Assembly (NCBI GenBank): GCA_038230375.1
Contig: JBBRNJ010000042.1
Location: 1 to 64,000 of the forward strand
Direction of reading: 5' to 3'
DNA from: Polyangiales bacterium
GTDB taxonomy: Bacteria; Myxococcota_A; Polyangia; Polyangiales; Polyangiaceae
Length of the DNA stretch: 64,000 nt
The notes beneath the pieces are model-generated. The model was not told the origin of the DNA and made no database searches. It worked only from the letters and a program-made list of their open reading frames with translations. The position numbers and the translations under genes were made by a program. This document shows positions 1 to 8,490 of this stretch, piece after piece (within the stretch, counting starts at the first letter, position 1; every line of letters begins with the position of its first letter).

Positions 1-144
1 AGTCTCGCGCGAGAAACGAGGACCTGTCGAGGGGCGGCGCGCAGTGCTCGGAACGTTCATGCAGCACGACGTACACCGGCCGCCACCTCATGGATAGAAG
101 TCTGTGTACTATGCAATAAACAAACCAGGGGATCCCTCAGGGCG

Positions 145-777
145 CTCGGGGCGCAGGCTCAACGGGCGAGCATCGAGCAATGGGCGTTGAAGAGCAACGT
201 CACCGTGGCGCAGTTCTTCGTTGAGACCGTCACGGGATCGGCGCCCCTTGATCGGCGGCCCGTCCTTCTCGATGCCATCGCCACGGTTGCTACCCTCGGA
301 GGCGGGGGTCTGGTCGTTCAGCGCCTCGACCGATTCAGTCGCGACCCCATCACAGCCGCTCTCGCAGAGTGCGAGCTTCGAAAGCACTCCGCGTCTCTTA
401 TCTGCGCTGACGGTCACGGGGGAGGCGATGATCCCACGAGCGAGCTAATTCGCGGGATCCTCCTCTCCGTTGCTCGTTTCGAAAAAGCGCTTATCCGAAG
501 TCGGATCAAAGCTGCCCTCGCCGTGAAGCGTTCGAAGGGCGAGAGACTTGGTGCCCCTCCCTACGGCACTCGTGTTGACGGAAAGAATCTGGTTCCCAAT
601 GACGGCGAGATCGCCACGAGGGAACGACTCCGCGCCCTTCGAGCAACGGGGCTGACCATTCGAGCGGTGCGCGATCAAGCGACGGCCGAAGGTCTTCGCA
701 ACCGAATGGGCAAGCCCTTCACGATCGGCACGGTCCACGCAATCGTTCGCGCTCCCTCGGCACACGCAGCCGAGTAG
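145..777 (+). pseudogene. Serine recombinase (resolvase family), apparently lacking its catalytic N-terminus
   Basis: Contains LDRFSRD, FEKALIRSRIKAALAVKRSKG and G-PPYG. The in-frame upstream sequence LGAQAQRASIEQWA matches the first helix, but no YxRVS motif precedes it. The frame is open to the window start, so the 5' limit is uncertain. Confidence 0.6.
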
Positions 778-862
778 CGCCGCACCACAGCACTCTCGTT
801 CAGGTCTCCCCCGCTGGTCGGTGGAGGCGTGGCCTCATTTTGTCCGCGAAAGGAATCAACCC

Positions 863-1720
863 ATGAACGTGTACGAGATCATCACTGCGCGCATTCTCGA
901 ATCGCTCACCAAGGGCGTGGTCCCGTGGCGCAAGCCTTGGCGAAGCGAGACACCGAAGAATCTGATCAGCGGCAAGGAATACAGGGGCGTCAACGTCTTC
1001 CTTCTGCAAGCGAGCCCGTTCGAATCGTCCTACTGGCTCACGTTCAAGCAGGCGAAGGATCTCGGCGGCATCGTCAAGCGTGGGGAGCGTGGTTGCCCGG
1101 TCGTCTTCTGGAAGGTGACGGAGAAGGAGGAGAGCAGCGGGACGATCTCCAAGGGCTTTCTCCTCCGCTACTTCACCGTCTTCAACGTCGAGCAAACCGA
1201 GGGCATCGAGGCACCCGACGGCACGACCTACAGGCTCATCGATGAGGTGGAAGAATGCGAGCGCATCGTGGCCAGCTACGCGAGCCCTCCTCGTATCGAG
1301 CACGGTGGCGGAGCCGCCTTTTACATGCCGTCGCAGGATCGGATCCAGATCCCCGGTCGCAAGATTTTCTCCTCGCTCCCCGAGTACTACTCGACGCTCT
1401 TTCACGAACTGGTCCACTCGACTGGGGCCGCGCACCGACTGGCGCGGAAGGGCGTGGTTGATCCGAGTCGCTTCGCCTCTCACGACTACAGCTTCGAAGA
1501 GCTGATCGCCGAATGCGGATCGGCCTTCCTGTGCGCTGAAGGCGGCATCTCTCCGAGCACCATCGACAACAGCGCGGCCTACCTCGGCTCGTGGATCAAG
1601 AAGCTCAAGAGCGAGCCTCGCTGGATCATCGAAGCAGCCGGCCACGCCAGCAAGGCCGCTGATCTCGTCCTGGGCAAGACAGCCCACGTGAACGCGGAAG
1701 CCGCTGAAGAAGCTGCGTGA
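863..1720 (+). CDS. ardC: ArdC-family antirestriction / ssDNA-binding protein with a zincin-like domain
   Basis: PWRKPW, YRGVN, WLTFKQA, VFNVEQ, HELVH and EELIAE motifs. AGGA precedes the ATG at 863. Confidence 0.85.
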   Translation: MNVYEIITARILESLTKGVVPWRKPWRSETPKNLISGKEYRGVNVFLLQASPFESSYWLTFKQAKDLGGIVKRGERGCPVVFWKVTEKEESSGTISKGFLLRYFTVFNVEQTEGIEAPDGTTYRLIDEVEECERIVASYASPPRIEHGGGAAFYMPSQDRIQIPGRKIFSSLPEYYSTLFHELVHSTGAAHRLARKGVVDPSRFASHDYSFEELIAECGSAFLCAEGGISPSTIDNSAAYLGSWIKKLKSEPRWIIEAAGHASKAADLVLGKTAHVNAEAAEEAA

Positions 1721-1805
1721 TCGCCTCCCCATGGGGAGGCGAAGGGATCAAGAGCGAGGGAGCGTGGTGCTCCCTCGCAGTCATCAACACGAAGGGAGTC
1801 GTCTC

Positions 1806-2396
1806 ATGAAAGCATTGCGTGATCTGCGTCGGTTTGTTTTGGTCAAGTGCGCTGAAGGTAACCAACGCGAGGTTCGGCTGTACGTCGCTCAAAATGTACA
1901 GCGTCTCTCGTCAGCATTTCACGTGCAGCCTCAGACGTTCCTCACGGCCACGGCCTCGATAAAGGATGATGGTGTGCTCGCCTGCAAGTTGCTCGAAACG
2001 ATCATGCGTGCGGAAGGGATCATTCGTACGCAGAGGAAGGAGAGTCGCGCCCTTGCCGCGCAAGCTTCCGCGACCGCGCTTGCGAGCTGCGTCGAGTGGA
2101 AGGGAGAGCGAGCGCTGATCGACATGCCGTCCCTTCTTTCGTCTGCATTGACGAGGCGAAACGATCTCCTCGTCTTCACGTGCGAGGGAGAGTTCACGGT
2201 GAGCGTGTACATGGCGCCCTTGCTCGACCTCGCCAAGATCGCGAGAGCGCGGGATGACCTTTCCGGATTCGTGGATCGCGAGGGCGTTCACCTGCGATGG
2301 CGTACCGGAGGGCTGAACCTGCTTTCGCAGCAGGACGCGAACGCAGAGCGGATCATCGTGTGCTTGCCGCCGATGCCCGCCGTCATTGCGGCGTGA
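1806..2396 (+). CDS. Hypothetical protein of the mobile element
   Basis: Open frame with GAAGGGAG before the ATG at 1806, lying between ardC and xis. Confidence 0.65.
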   Translation: MKALRDLRRFVLVKCAEGNQREVRLYVAQNVQRLSSAFHVQPQTFLTATASIKDDGVLACKLLETIMRAEGIIRTQRKESRALAAQASATALASCVEWKGERALIDMPSLLSSALTRRNDLLVFTCEGEFTVSVYMAPLLDLAKIARARDDLSGFVDREGVHLRWRTGGLNLLSQQDANAERIIVCLPPMPAVIAA

Positions 2397-2451
2397 TGGC
2401 GTGCCGTCCTTCGGGCGCTCGCGTCGCTGAGCGGAAGAAAAGTGACGCCTT

Positions 2452-2503
2452 GGAATTCTAAGAATTCCCGAGGGATTGACGCATATTTTAGAAAATCCAC
2501 GTT
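2452..2503 (+). promoter_or_regulatory. Putative xis-int promoter with a palindromic operator
   Basis: GGAATTCT-A-AGAATTCC inverted repeat at 2452-2468, TTGACG -35-like box at 2476, and AT-rich ATTTT-AG-AAAAT. Confidence 0.4.
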
Positions 2504-2574
2504 CGTTCCAGATCGCAGAAACCACCGAGAGCCAGCCGGCTGAAGGAGGCCATGCCCAGAAAAAGGAACGAACA

Positions 2575-2829
2575 ATGAGCAGTACAACCGAGACACAGAC
2601 CGAGGTACCCGTAAGCCTCGAAGAACAACCCAGCGTCCTCACGGCGGACGAAGTAGCGACGCTTCTCCGCGTCAATCGCAAGACCGTGTACGTGGCCTTC
2701 AAGCAGGGCGTGATCCCTGGAGGAAGGCGCATCGGCGGCACGATCCGCTTCTCCCGCGAGCGGGTGCTAGAATGGCTCGCGAACGGTCAAGAATGCGCTC
2801 CGCGCTCACCAAGAAGAGGTGTGCGATGA
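2575..2829 (+). CDS. Excisionase-like helix-turn-helix protein
   Basis: LTADEVATLLRVNRKTVY...IGGTIRFSRERVLEWL pattern. Overlaps the integrase start (ATGA). Confidence 0.85.
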   Translation: MSSTTETQTEVPVSLEEQPSVLTADEVATLLRVNRKTVYVAFKQGVIPGGRRIGGTIRFSRERVLEWLANGQECAPRSPRRGVR

Positions 2830-3959
2830 GCGTACGAACAGAGAAGCGCCGGAATCCTAAGACCGGCGAGGTCAGGACGATAATCAGGGTGGACGTGACA
2901 GTCGCGATGCCAGACGGAAGCACGAAGCGTGTCAGCAAAGACGCGCCCGTGCAGACCAAGCGCGATGCCGCGAGATTCGAGCAAGACCTAAAGCGCTCGA
3001 TTCTCGACGGCACGTTCGGGAAGAAGCCGGAGAAACCGGTTCCGACCTTGGCGGAGTTCGAGAAGGAGTTCATCTCGAACTACGCGGAGGCGAACAACAA
3101 GAAGAGCGAGGTGCAGACCAAGAAGAGCGCCTTCAAGAATCATCTCGTTCCCGCATTCGGGTCCATGCGCCTCGATCAGATCGGCTTGCGAGACATCGAG
3201 GCGTTCAAGGCGGCCAAGCTGAAGGCGGGCAGGAAGCCGAAGTCCGTGAACAACTACCTCACCGTGCTCCACAAGATGCTTTCCGTGGCGCAGGAGTGGG
3301 GCGTGATCGCCTTCGTACCGAAGGTGAAGTGGCTCAAGGTCCCGGAGAACAAGTTCGACTTCCTTGCGTTTGGGGAAGACGAGCGTCTGCTCGCAGGAGC
3401 CGACGGTCAATGGGTCACGATGATCACCACGGCGTTGAAGACGGGACTACGTCTGGGCGAGCTGTTGGCGCTCACGTGGGACGATGTCGATCTGGTGTCA
3501 GGTCGTCTCGTTGTTTCACGCGGCCTGTCGCGTGGGGAAATCACGACCCCCAAGAGCGGCAAGACGCGCGAGGTTCCTCTCGGCAATGACGTGCTCGCTG
3601 CCCTGAAGCGTCACCGCCACCTTCGTGGTGACTTCGTCTTCTGCAAGGAAGACGGTCGCATGCTCACCAAGGGCGGGACCAAGCACCCGCTCTGGAGGGC
3701 GTGCAAACGAGCGGGCCTAAGGCTCATCGGTTGGCACGTGCTCCGCCACACCTTCGCTTCACATCTCGTGATGCGTGGGGCCGTTCTCAAGTCCGTCCAG
3801 GAGCTGCTCGGGCACAGCACGATCAAGATGACCGAGCGCTACGCCCATCTGAGCCCGGACGTTCGCAAGCACGCCGTGCGACTCCTGGACCGTGTCGACC
3901 CGCCCGTTCACGCTCATACAGCGCTCACGGGCCAGGAGGATGTTTCTAAGTGCTCGTAA
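2826..3959 (+). CDS. Tyrosine recombinase / phage integrase
   Basis: Complete catalytic set: TGLRLGEL (R), PKSGK (K), HVLRH, LLGH, RYAH (Y). Confidence 0.95.
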   Translation: MSVRTEKRRNPKTGEVRTIIRVDVTVAMPDGSTKRVSKDAPVQTKRDAARFEQDLKRSILDGTFGKKPEKPVPTLAEFEKEFISNYAEANNKKSEVQTKKSAFKNHLVPAFGSMRLDQIGLRDIEAFKAAKLKAGRKPKSVNNYLTVLHKMLSVAQEWGVIAFVPKVKWLKVPENKFDFLAFGEDERLLAGADGQWVTMITTALKTGLRLGELLALTWDDVDLVSGRLVVSRGLSRGEITTPKSGKTREVPLGNDVLAALKRHRHLRGDFVFCKEDGRMLTKGGTKHPLWRACKRAGLRLIGWHVLRHTFASHLVMRGAVLKSVQELLGHSTIKMTERYAHLSPDVRKHAVRLLDRVDPPVHAHTALTGQEDVSKCS

Positions 3960-3975
3960 GATAAGTGGAAACTTT

Positions 3976-4328
<353 letters not shown>

Positions 4329-4474
4329 GAGTGGGAGAAAGGTGACCTCAACGTAGGTCGAAGAGCGCGCCGCCGCAACCCCGTCTGCGCGCGCTCGGGC
4401 TCGCCAGCGCGACCGTGAGGGCCGCGATCTTCAAAACCTTCTGGACTGGCCCTGTCTTCCGGTAGAGTCATCCT

Positions 4475-5614
4475 GTGAACGAGGAGCAGGGGTCCGGAGA
4501 GGCCACGCCGTCGCAGCGCGGTGCTTCCCGCGTCGGTGAGTTCGTCGCCGGCGCCTACAAGATCGAGAAGATCATCGCGGAAGGACGGCTCGGCGTGGTC
4601 GCGCGGGCGCAGCGCGTCGCCTCGAACACGCGCGTCGCCCTCAAGCTCCTGAAGGCGGAGATCCGCGATGACCCGGACGCGTTCGGTCGCTTCGTGGACG
4701 ACGCCGAGGCCATCCGCAAGCTCCACAGCCCCCACATCGCAAAGGTGCTCGCCGTGTCCCCGAAGGACGGCACCGAGCCGTTCCTTGCCATGGAGTGGCT
4801 GGACGGCGTGGACCTGGACGCGCTCCTGCAACTCAAGGAGAAGGTCGCGCCCGAGATCGCCGCCGACTTCGTGCGCCAGGCGTGCGAGGGCATGGCGGTC
4901 GCGCACGCCGCGGGCGTCCTCCACCGGGATCTGAAGCTCACGAACCTGTTCCTCGCACGTGATGCGAACGGCAAGGCGAGCATCAAGGTGCTCGACTTCG
5001 GCCTGGCCCGCGTGAAGCCGCTGCCCGTCGACGGTGCCGCGCAGTTCGCAGAGGGCACGGGCTCACCGGCGTTCCTCGCACCCGAGCAGCTGTCCGGCGA
5101 CCTGCTGGACGAGCGCACCGACATCTGGTCGCTCGGTGCCGTGCTCTACGAGCTCGTGACCGGGCGAAGCGCCTTCCGCGCGGAGACGGCGGCGCAGACG
5201 CTGGTCAACATCACGATCCATCAGCCCCCGCCGATGTCCACGTTCGCAGAGGACGTGCCGGCGGGGTTGCAGGAGATCGTGGACCAATGCCTCTCGAAGG
5301 ACCGCGCAGACCGCTACGACTCGGTGAAAGACCTGGCCGCCGCCCTCATGGCCTTCGCGAAGATCGACGTCGACGTGGCGCCACTCCTGCCCGACCGTCC
5401 CGTGAGCATCATGCCGCCTGCACCTGTCCTGTCCGCGCCCATCCGGATCGAGAATACGCTGCGCGTTGGGCTGGAGCGTGAGGGTTCGCAGTTCGGGCGT
5501 CGCATGACGGCTCCGCCCGATAGCGGCGGCAAGACCAAGCGTACGGTGTTCATCATGATCGCCGTCGGCGCGCTCATCGGCGCGGTCCTGGCGGCCGTCT
5601 TCGCCTCCCGCTGA
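4475..5614 (+). CDS. Ser/Thr protein kinase with a C-terminal membrane anchor
   Basis: VALK, HRDLKLTN, DFG, APE and DIWSLG motifs; hydrophobic C-terminus. Confidence 0.9.
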   Translation: MNEEQGSGEATPSQRGASRVGEFVAGAYKIEKIIAEGRLGVVARAQRVASNTRVALKLLKAEIRDDPDAFGRFVDDAEAIRKLHSPHIAKVLAVSPKDGTEPFLAMEWLDGVDLDALLQLKEKVAPEIAADFVRQACEGMAVAHAAGVLHRDLKLTNLFLARDANGKASIKVLDFGLARVKPLPVDGAAQFAEGTGSPAFLAPEQLSGDLLDERTDIWSLGAVLYELVTGRSAFRAETAAQTLVNITIHQPPPMSTFAEDVPAGLQEIVDQCLSKDRADRYDSVKDLAAALMAFAKIDVDVAPLLPDRPVSIMPPAPVLSAPIRIENTLRVGLEREGSQFGRRMTAPPDSGGKTKRTVFIMIAVGALIGAVLAAVFASR

Positions 5615-5952
5615 CGCGAAGCACAGGAATGGCGCCATCTGCGCCGATCCACCCACCAGGTGTTCGAGTATGTCGTGGGCCAAAGCTGACCTTCGACCGT
5701 ACCGTCTTGGGCTAGCGCCGCCTGGCCTGTGGAGAAATCGACGAATCGCGCACGGTTCTGCGTTGCGTGCGGTCAGCTTTGACTCATAGTCAGCAGTAGT
5801 TCGTTGTGTTGTTCGCGAACTTCCCATTCGCTCGAATGCGTCGACGTCATCTGAGTTCCGGAGAGCGGGGGAGCCGTTAGGTTCCGTCGCCCGCTCATGA
5901 CCACTGCAATCGGTACTTGCCATTCGATCCCGCGCAGAGGAGTCAGTAGTAT

Positions 5953-6585
5953 ATGAGTCAAGCACGGGTGGGCGTTCCAGGGACGCCGAGCCACGACACG
6001 CCCGAGATCCGTCCGGCGTCACTCTCCAAGCAGATCTGGGGACTGGATTGGCGCGACATCTTGCCGTGGCAGTTCGATGAAACGGAGGTTGTCAGCGGAA
6101 CGCTCGCCGACGCCTCGCCGTTCATCGCCGAGCACTATGGGAGCATCTTCGGGGCGGCGGACCGGGAGGTCAGGTTCCTCCATGAGCCGATGACCGAGGC
6201 CAAGAGGCGTTTCACGGAGATGTCCGACGTATTCGTGTTTCGTGCAGAGGGGCGGACCTTCGGCGTGATGATCGCGCACCCAACGGACTGGTCAACCTAC
6301 TACGTGCGGACGACAGCGTTCCTGCCCGAACAGCGAAACAGACATATCATGACAAGGTTCGTGCAGCGCCTGTACGAACCTTTGATTGCAGCGGGCGTGT
6401 CGAGGATGGAGGCCGATACCGCGCCTTCGAACCTGCCAGTACAGAAGATCCTGGCGGGACTGGAGTGGATGGTGACGGGGACCCACAACTCCGAGCGTTG
6501 GGGCCACCTATTGCGTCATACGAAGCTCTTTCGCGACGATGCAAAGGCTGTGTTCCTGCAACAGTTCTGTGTGACACCACGATGA
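5953..6585 (+). CDS. GNAT-fold (acyltransferase-like) protein
   Basis: YVRTTAFLPEQRNRHI resembles motif A and EADTAPSNLPVQKIL resembles motif B. GAGGAG lies upstream. Confidence 0.7.
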   Translation: MSQARVGVPGTPSHDTPEIRPASLSKQIWGLDWRDILPWQFDETEVVSGTLADASPFIAEHYGSIFGAADREVRFLHEPMTEAKRRFTEMSDVFVFRAEGRTFGVMIAHPTDWSTYYVRTTAFLPEQRNRHIMTRFVQRLYEPLIAAGVSRMEADTAPSNLPVQKILAGLEWMVTGTHNSERWGHLLRHTKLFRDDAKAVFLQQFCVTPR

Positions 6586-6617
6586 CCGAAACCAATGCCC
6601 CAACACAGGAGGATTAC

Positions 6618-6647
6618 GTGAAGAAGTTCGCCACCGGCACTTTTTGA
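6618..6647 (+). CDS. Putative ultra-short RiPP precursor MKKFATGTF (21-aa form if started at ATG 6582)
   Basis: AGGAGG at 6607-6612, 5-nt spacer, GTG at 6618, TGA at 6645-6647. Sits between the GNAT and oxidase genes and is followed by a hairpin. Confidence 0.6.
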   Translation: MKKFATGTF

Positions 6648-6702
6648 GACGGGTTGAAGACTGGAGCGTGTTCCGGCCCTCCGGCGCGCTTGTTTGACAA
6701 GG

Positions 6703-6745
6703 GAACCGCGGGCGCAGTCCGAGTATGGATTGCGCCCGTGGGTTC
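6703..6745 (+). promoter_or_regulatory. Intergenic stem-loop (mRNA stabiliser or attenuator-like)
   Basis: GAACC-GCGGGCGCAGTCC / GAGTAT loop / GGATTGCGCCCGT-G-GGTTC: about 18 bp with two G-U pairs and no U tract. Confidence 0.6.
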
Positions 6746-6774
6746 GGGCTGTTCTGGATTCGCCGGGAGGAACT

Positions 6775-7485
6775 ATGATTGGTGAAGCGCTGAGTGATGC
6801 AATAATTCAATATGTTGCCGTCTGTCGGATTCGGAACCCTCTGTTCACGAAGGCGAACGACGGGACGCTATCCCCGCCATTGATCGCCAGGTATCTAGCC
6901 AGCGTCCATCAACTGGTTCTGCACACGCCGATACACCTGAGGAAGGCGCGTCAGGTCGCCGAGGCGCGCGGAGAACACGCGCTTGTCGCCCACTTCGAGC
7001 ACAAGCTCACTGAAGAGGCCGGACACGATGCTTGGGCGGCCCGCGACCGGGAGGGACTAGCAAGGAAGACCGGAGTGGTCGCGCCGGACGCCGCCGTTCA
7101 AACCATGACTGTCCTCATCCACCACATCGACGCGCTCATCGAGAAGGATCCGGCCCTCTACCTGGCATACATCCTCTTCGCCGAGCAACTCATCGTTCTC
7201 ATGGGAGGCGAGTGGCTCGAACTTCTGGAGACGCGCTGTGGAATTCCCAAGACCGTGATGTCGGTAGTGGGTAATCACGTCGAGCTCGACAAGGATCACG
7301 TCGCAGAGGCGCTCGACGAGATCGACGATCTTGTGGGCGATCCGTCGAAGCTGCCCGCCATGCGTGATGCGCTGACGAGCTCGATGCTCAAGTTCGACGC
7401 CTTCTGTGTCGAGGTGACCTCCACTCCCGCGGTGCAAGATGTCGAGCAAAGCGCCGGCAGCGAAAAACACATCGCAGCTGCCTGA
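6775..7485 (+). CDS. Heme-oxygenase-like diiron oxidase (HDO; CADD/PqqC/TenA-like fold)
   Basis: EEAGH, YILFAE and HVELDKDH match the ExxH / E / HxxxDxxH metal-ligand pattern. GGGAGG precedes the ATG at 6775. Confidence 0.75.
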   Translation: MIGEALSDAIIQYVAVCRIRNPLFTKANDGTLSPPLIARYLASVHQLVLHTPIHLRKARQVAEARGEHALVAHFEHKLTEEAGHDAWAARDREGLARKTGVVAPDAAVQTMTVLIHHIDALIEKDPALYLAYILFAEQLIVLMGGEWLELLETRCGIPKTVMSVVGNHVELDKDHVAEALDEIDDLVGDPSKLPAMRDALTSSMLKFDAFCVEVTSTPAVQDVEQSAGSEKHIAAA

Positions 7486-8434
7486 CGGCTTCAGCGAGCC
7501 AGAGTGGGTGCGTGATGTCGTCGTGGCAGACGGCATCGCGCTCCATCGTGCGGGGGTATCGGTGGTTTCACCGACTGGCGAGACGATCACGGGGTCTGCC
7601 GCTGGCACGGGGCCTGCGCAAACGGAGCGCGCGCACTTCGAGCTGCTCGAGCGCGTCGCCACGCTCGAAGCAATCAAGACCGGTGCATCACGTCCTCTGC
7701 TCACTGCTGATGGGCGTGTGGTCTCCGAGATCTCGCCGGAGCACCTGTTCCTCGAGAGCGCCGAGCCGCTCCGTTTTCGGTATGCGCGCTCGAATGGCGT
7801 TGCGATCCATCAAAGCTTCCGTCGAGCCGCTCTGCGCGCGCGCTGGGAGCTGGCGGAGCGCGATCGCGTTCTCCGATCGTGGTGCGGCGAGAGTCGGCCG
7901 GTGCGACTCCCGATCGACCACGACGCGTGCGCGCTCCGTCAGAGCGCGGGATATTCATGGCAGGCGTATCACCTGGGCCACGCGCCGTTCGCGCCGGAGG
8001 CCGACGTGATCGGGGTCTTCTGTTTTCCGACCAAGGACGACCAGCCGCTGGCGATGGGCTTCGCCGCAAGACCGGGGATCGCAGACGCGTTCGACGCGGC
8101 GCTCGCCGAGGCCCTGCAGTCGCTCTCTTTCCTCTGGGGCGAGCCGGTGCCGTCGTCGCCGCCGCCGCGCGGGCCCACACCGATGCATCATCTGGAGCAC
8201 TTCCAGTATCGCCCTCACCACGAGCACCTGCGTAGCTGGCTGGCTGGCGCGCACTTCGATCCTTCCGTGGCGCAGGCGCGCGCGTCTCTCTCCCGGCCCG
8301 AGGTGCGGTTCGTCTCCCTCACGCCGGACTGGCTGCCCGCGAGCCTGGCCGTGGTGAAGGCGGTGTGTGACGGGGCCTTGCCGCTCGCGTTTGGTGATGT
8401 TCCCTTTCTGCGACCAGCTCATCCGGTGGCGTGA
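7439..8434 (+). CDS. YcaO-like protein (compact)
   Basis: ATP-binding motifs AHFELLER, SNGVA, ELAERD and EALQ; Pro-rich C-terminus RPAHPVA. Confidence 0.8.
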   Translation: MSSKAPAAKNTSQLPDGFSEPEWVRDVVVADGIALHRAGVSVVSPTGETITGSAAGTGPAQTERAHFELLERVATLEAIKTGASRPLLTADGRVVSEISPEHLFLESAEPLRFRYARSNGVAIHQSFRRAALRARWELAERDRVLRSWCGESRPVRLPIDHDACALRQSAGYSWQAYHLGHAPFAPEADVIGVFCFPTKDDQPLAMGFAARPGIADAFDAALAEALQSLSFLWGEPVPSSPPPRGPTPMHHLEHFQYRPHHEHLRSWLAGAHFDPSVAQARASLSRPEVRFVSLTPDWLPASLAVVKAVCDGALPLAFGDVPFLRPAHPVA

Positions 8435-8490
8435 GGCGTGACAATGGTGTGTGGTGGGGCGGACTGACGAACGACTGAAACCGGCGTACG

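Noticed and set aside
5629..5715. Short ORF upstream of the GNAT as an alternative precursor
   Set aside because: The AGGA is too close to the ATG and the peptide is unremarkable; the 6618-6647 ORF has much better signals and position.
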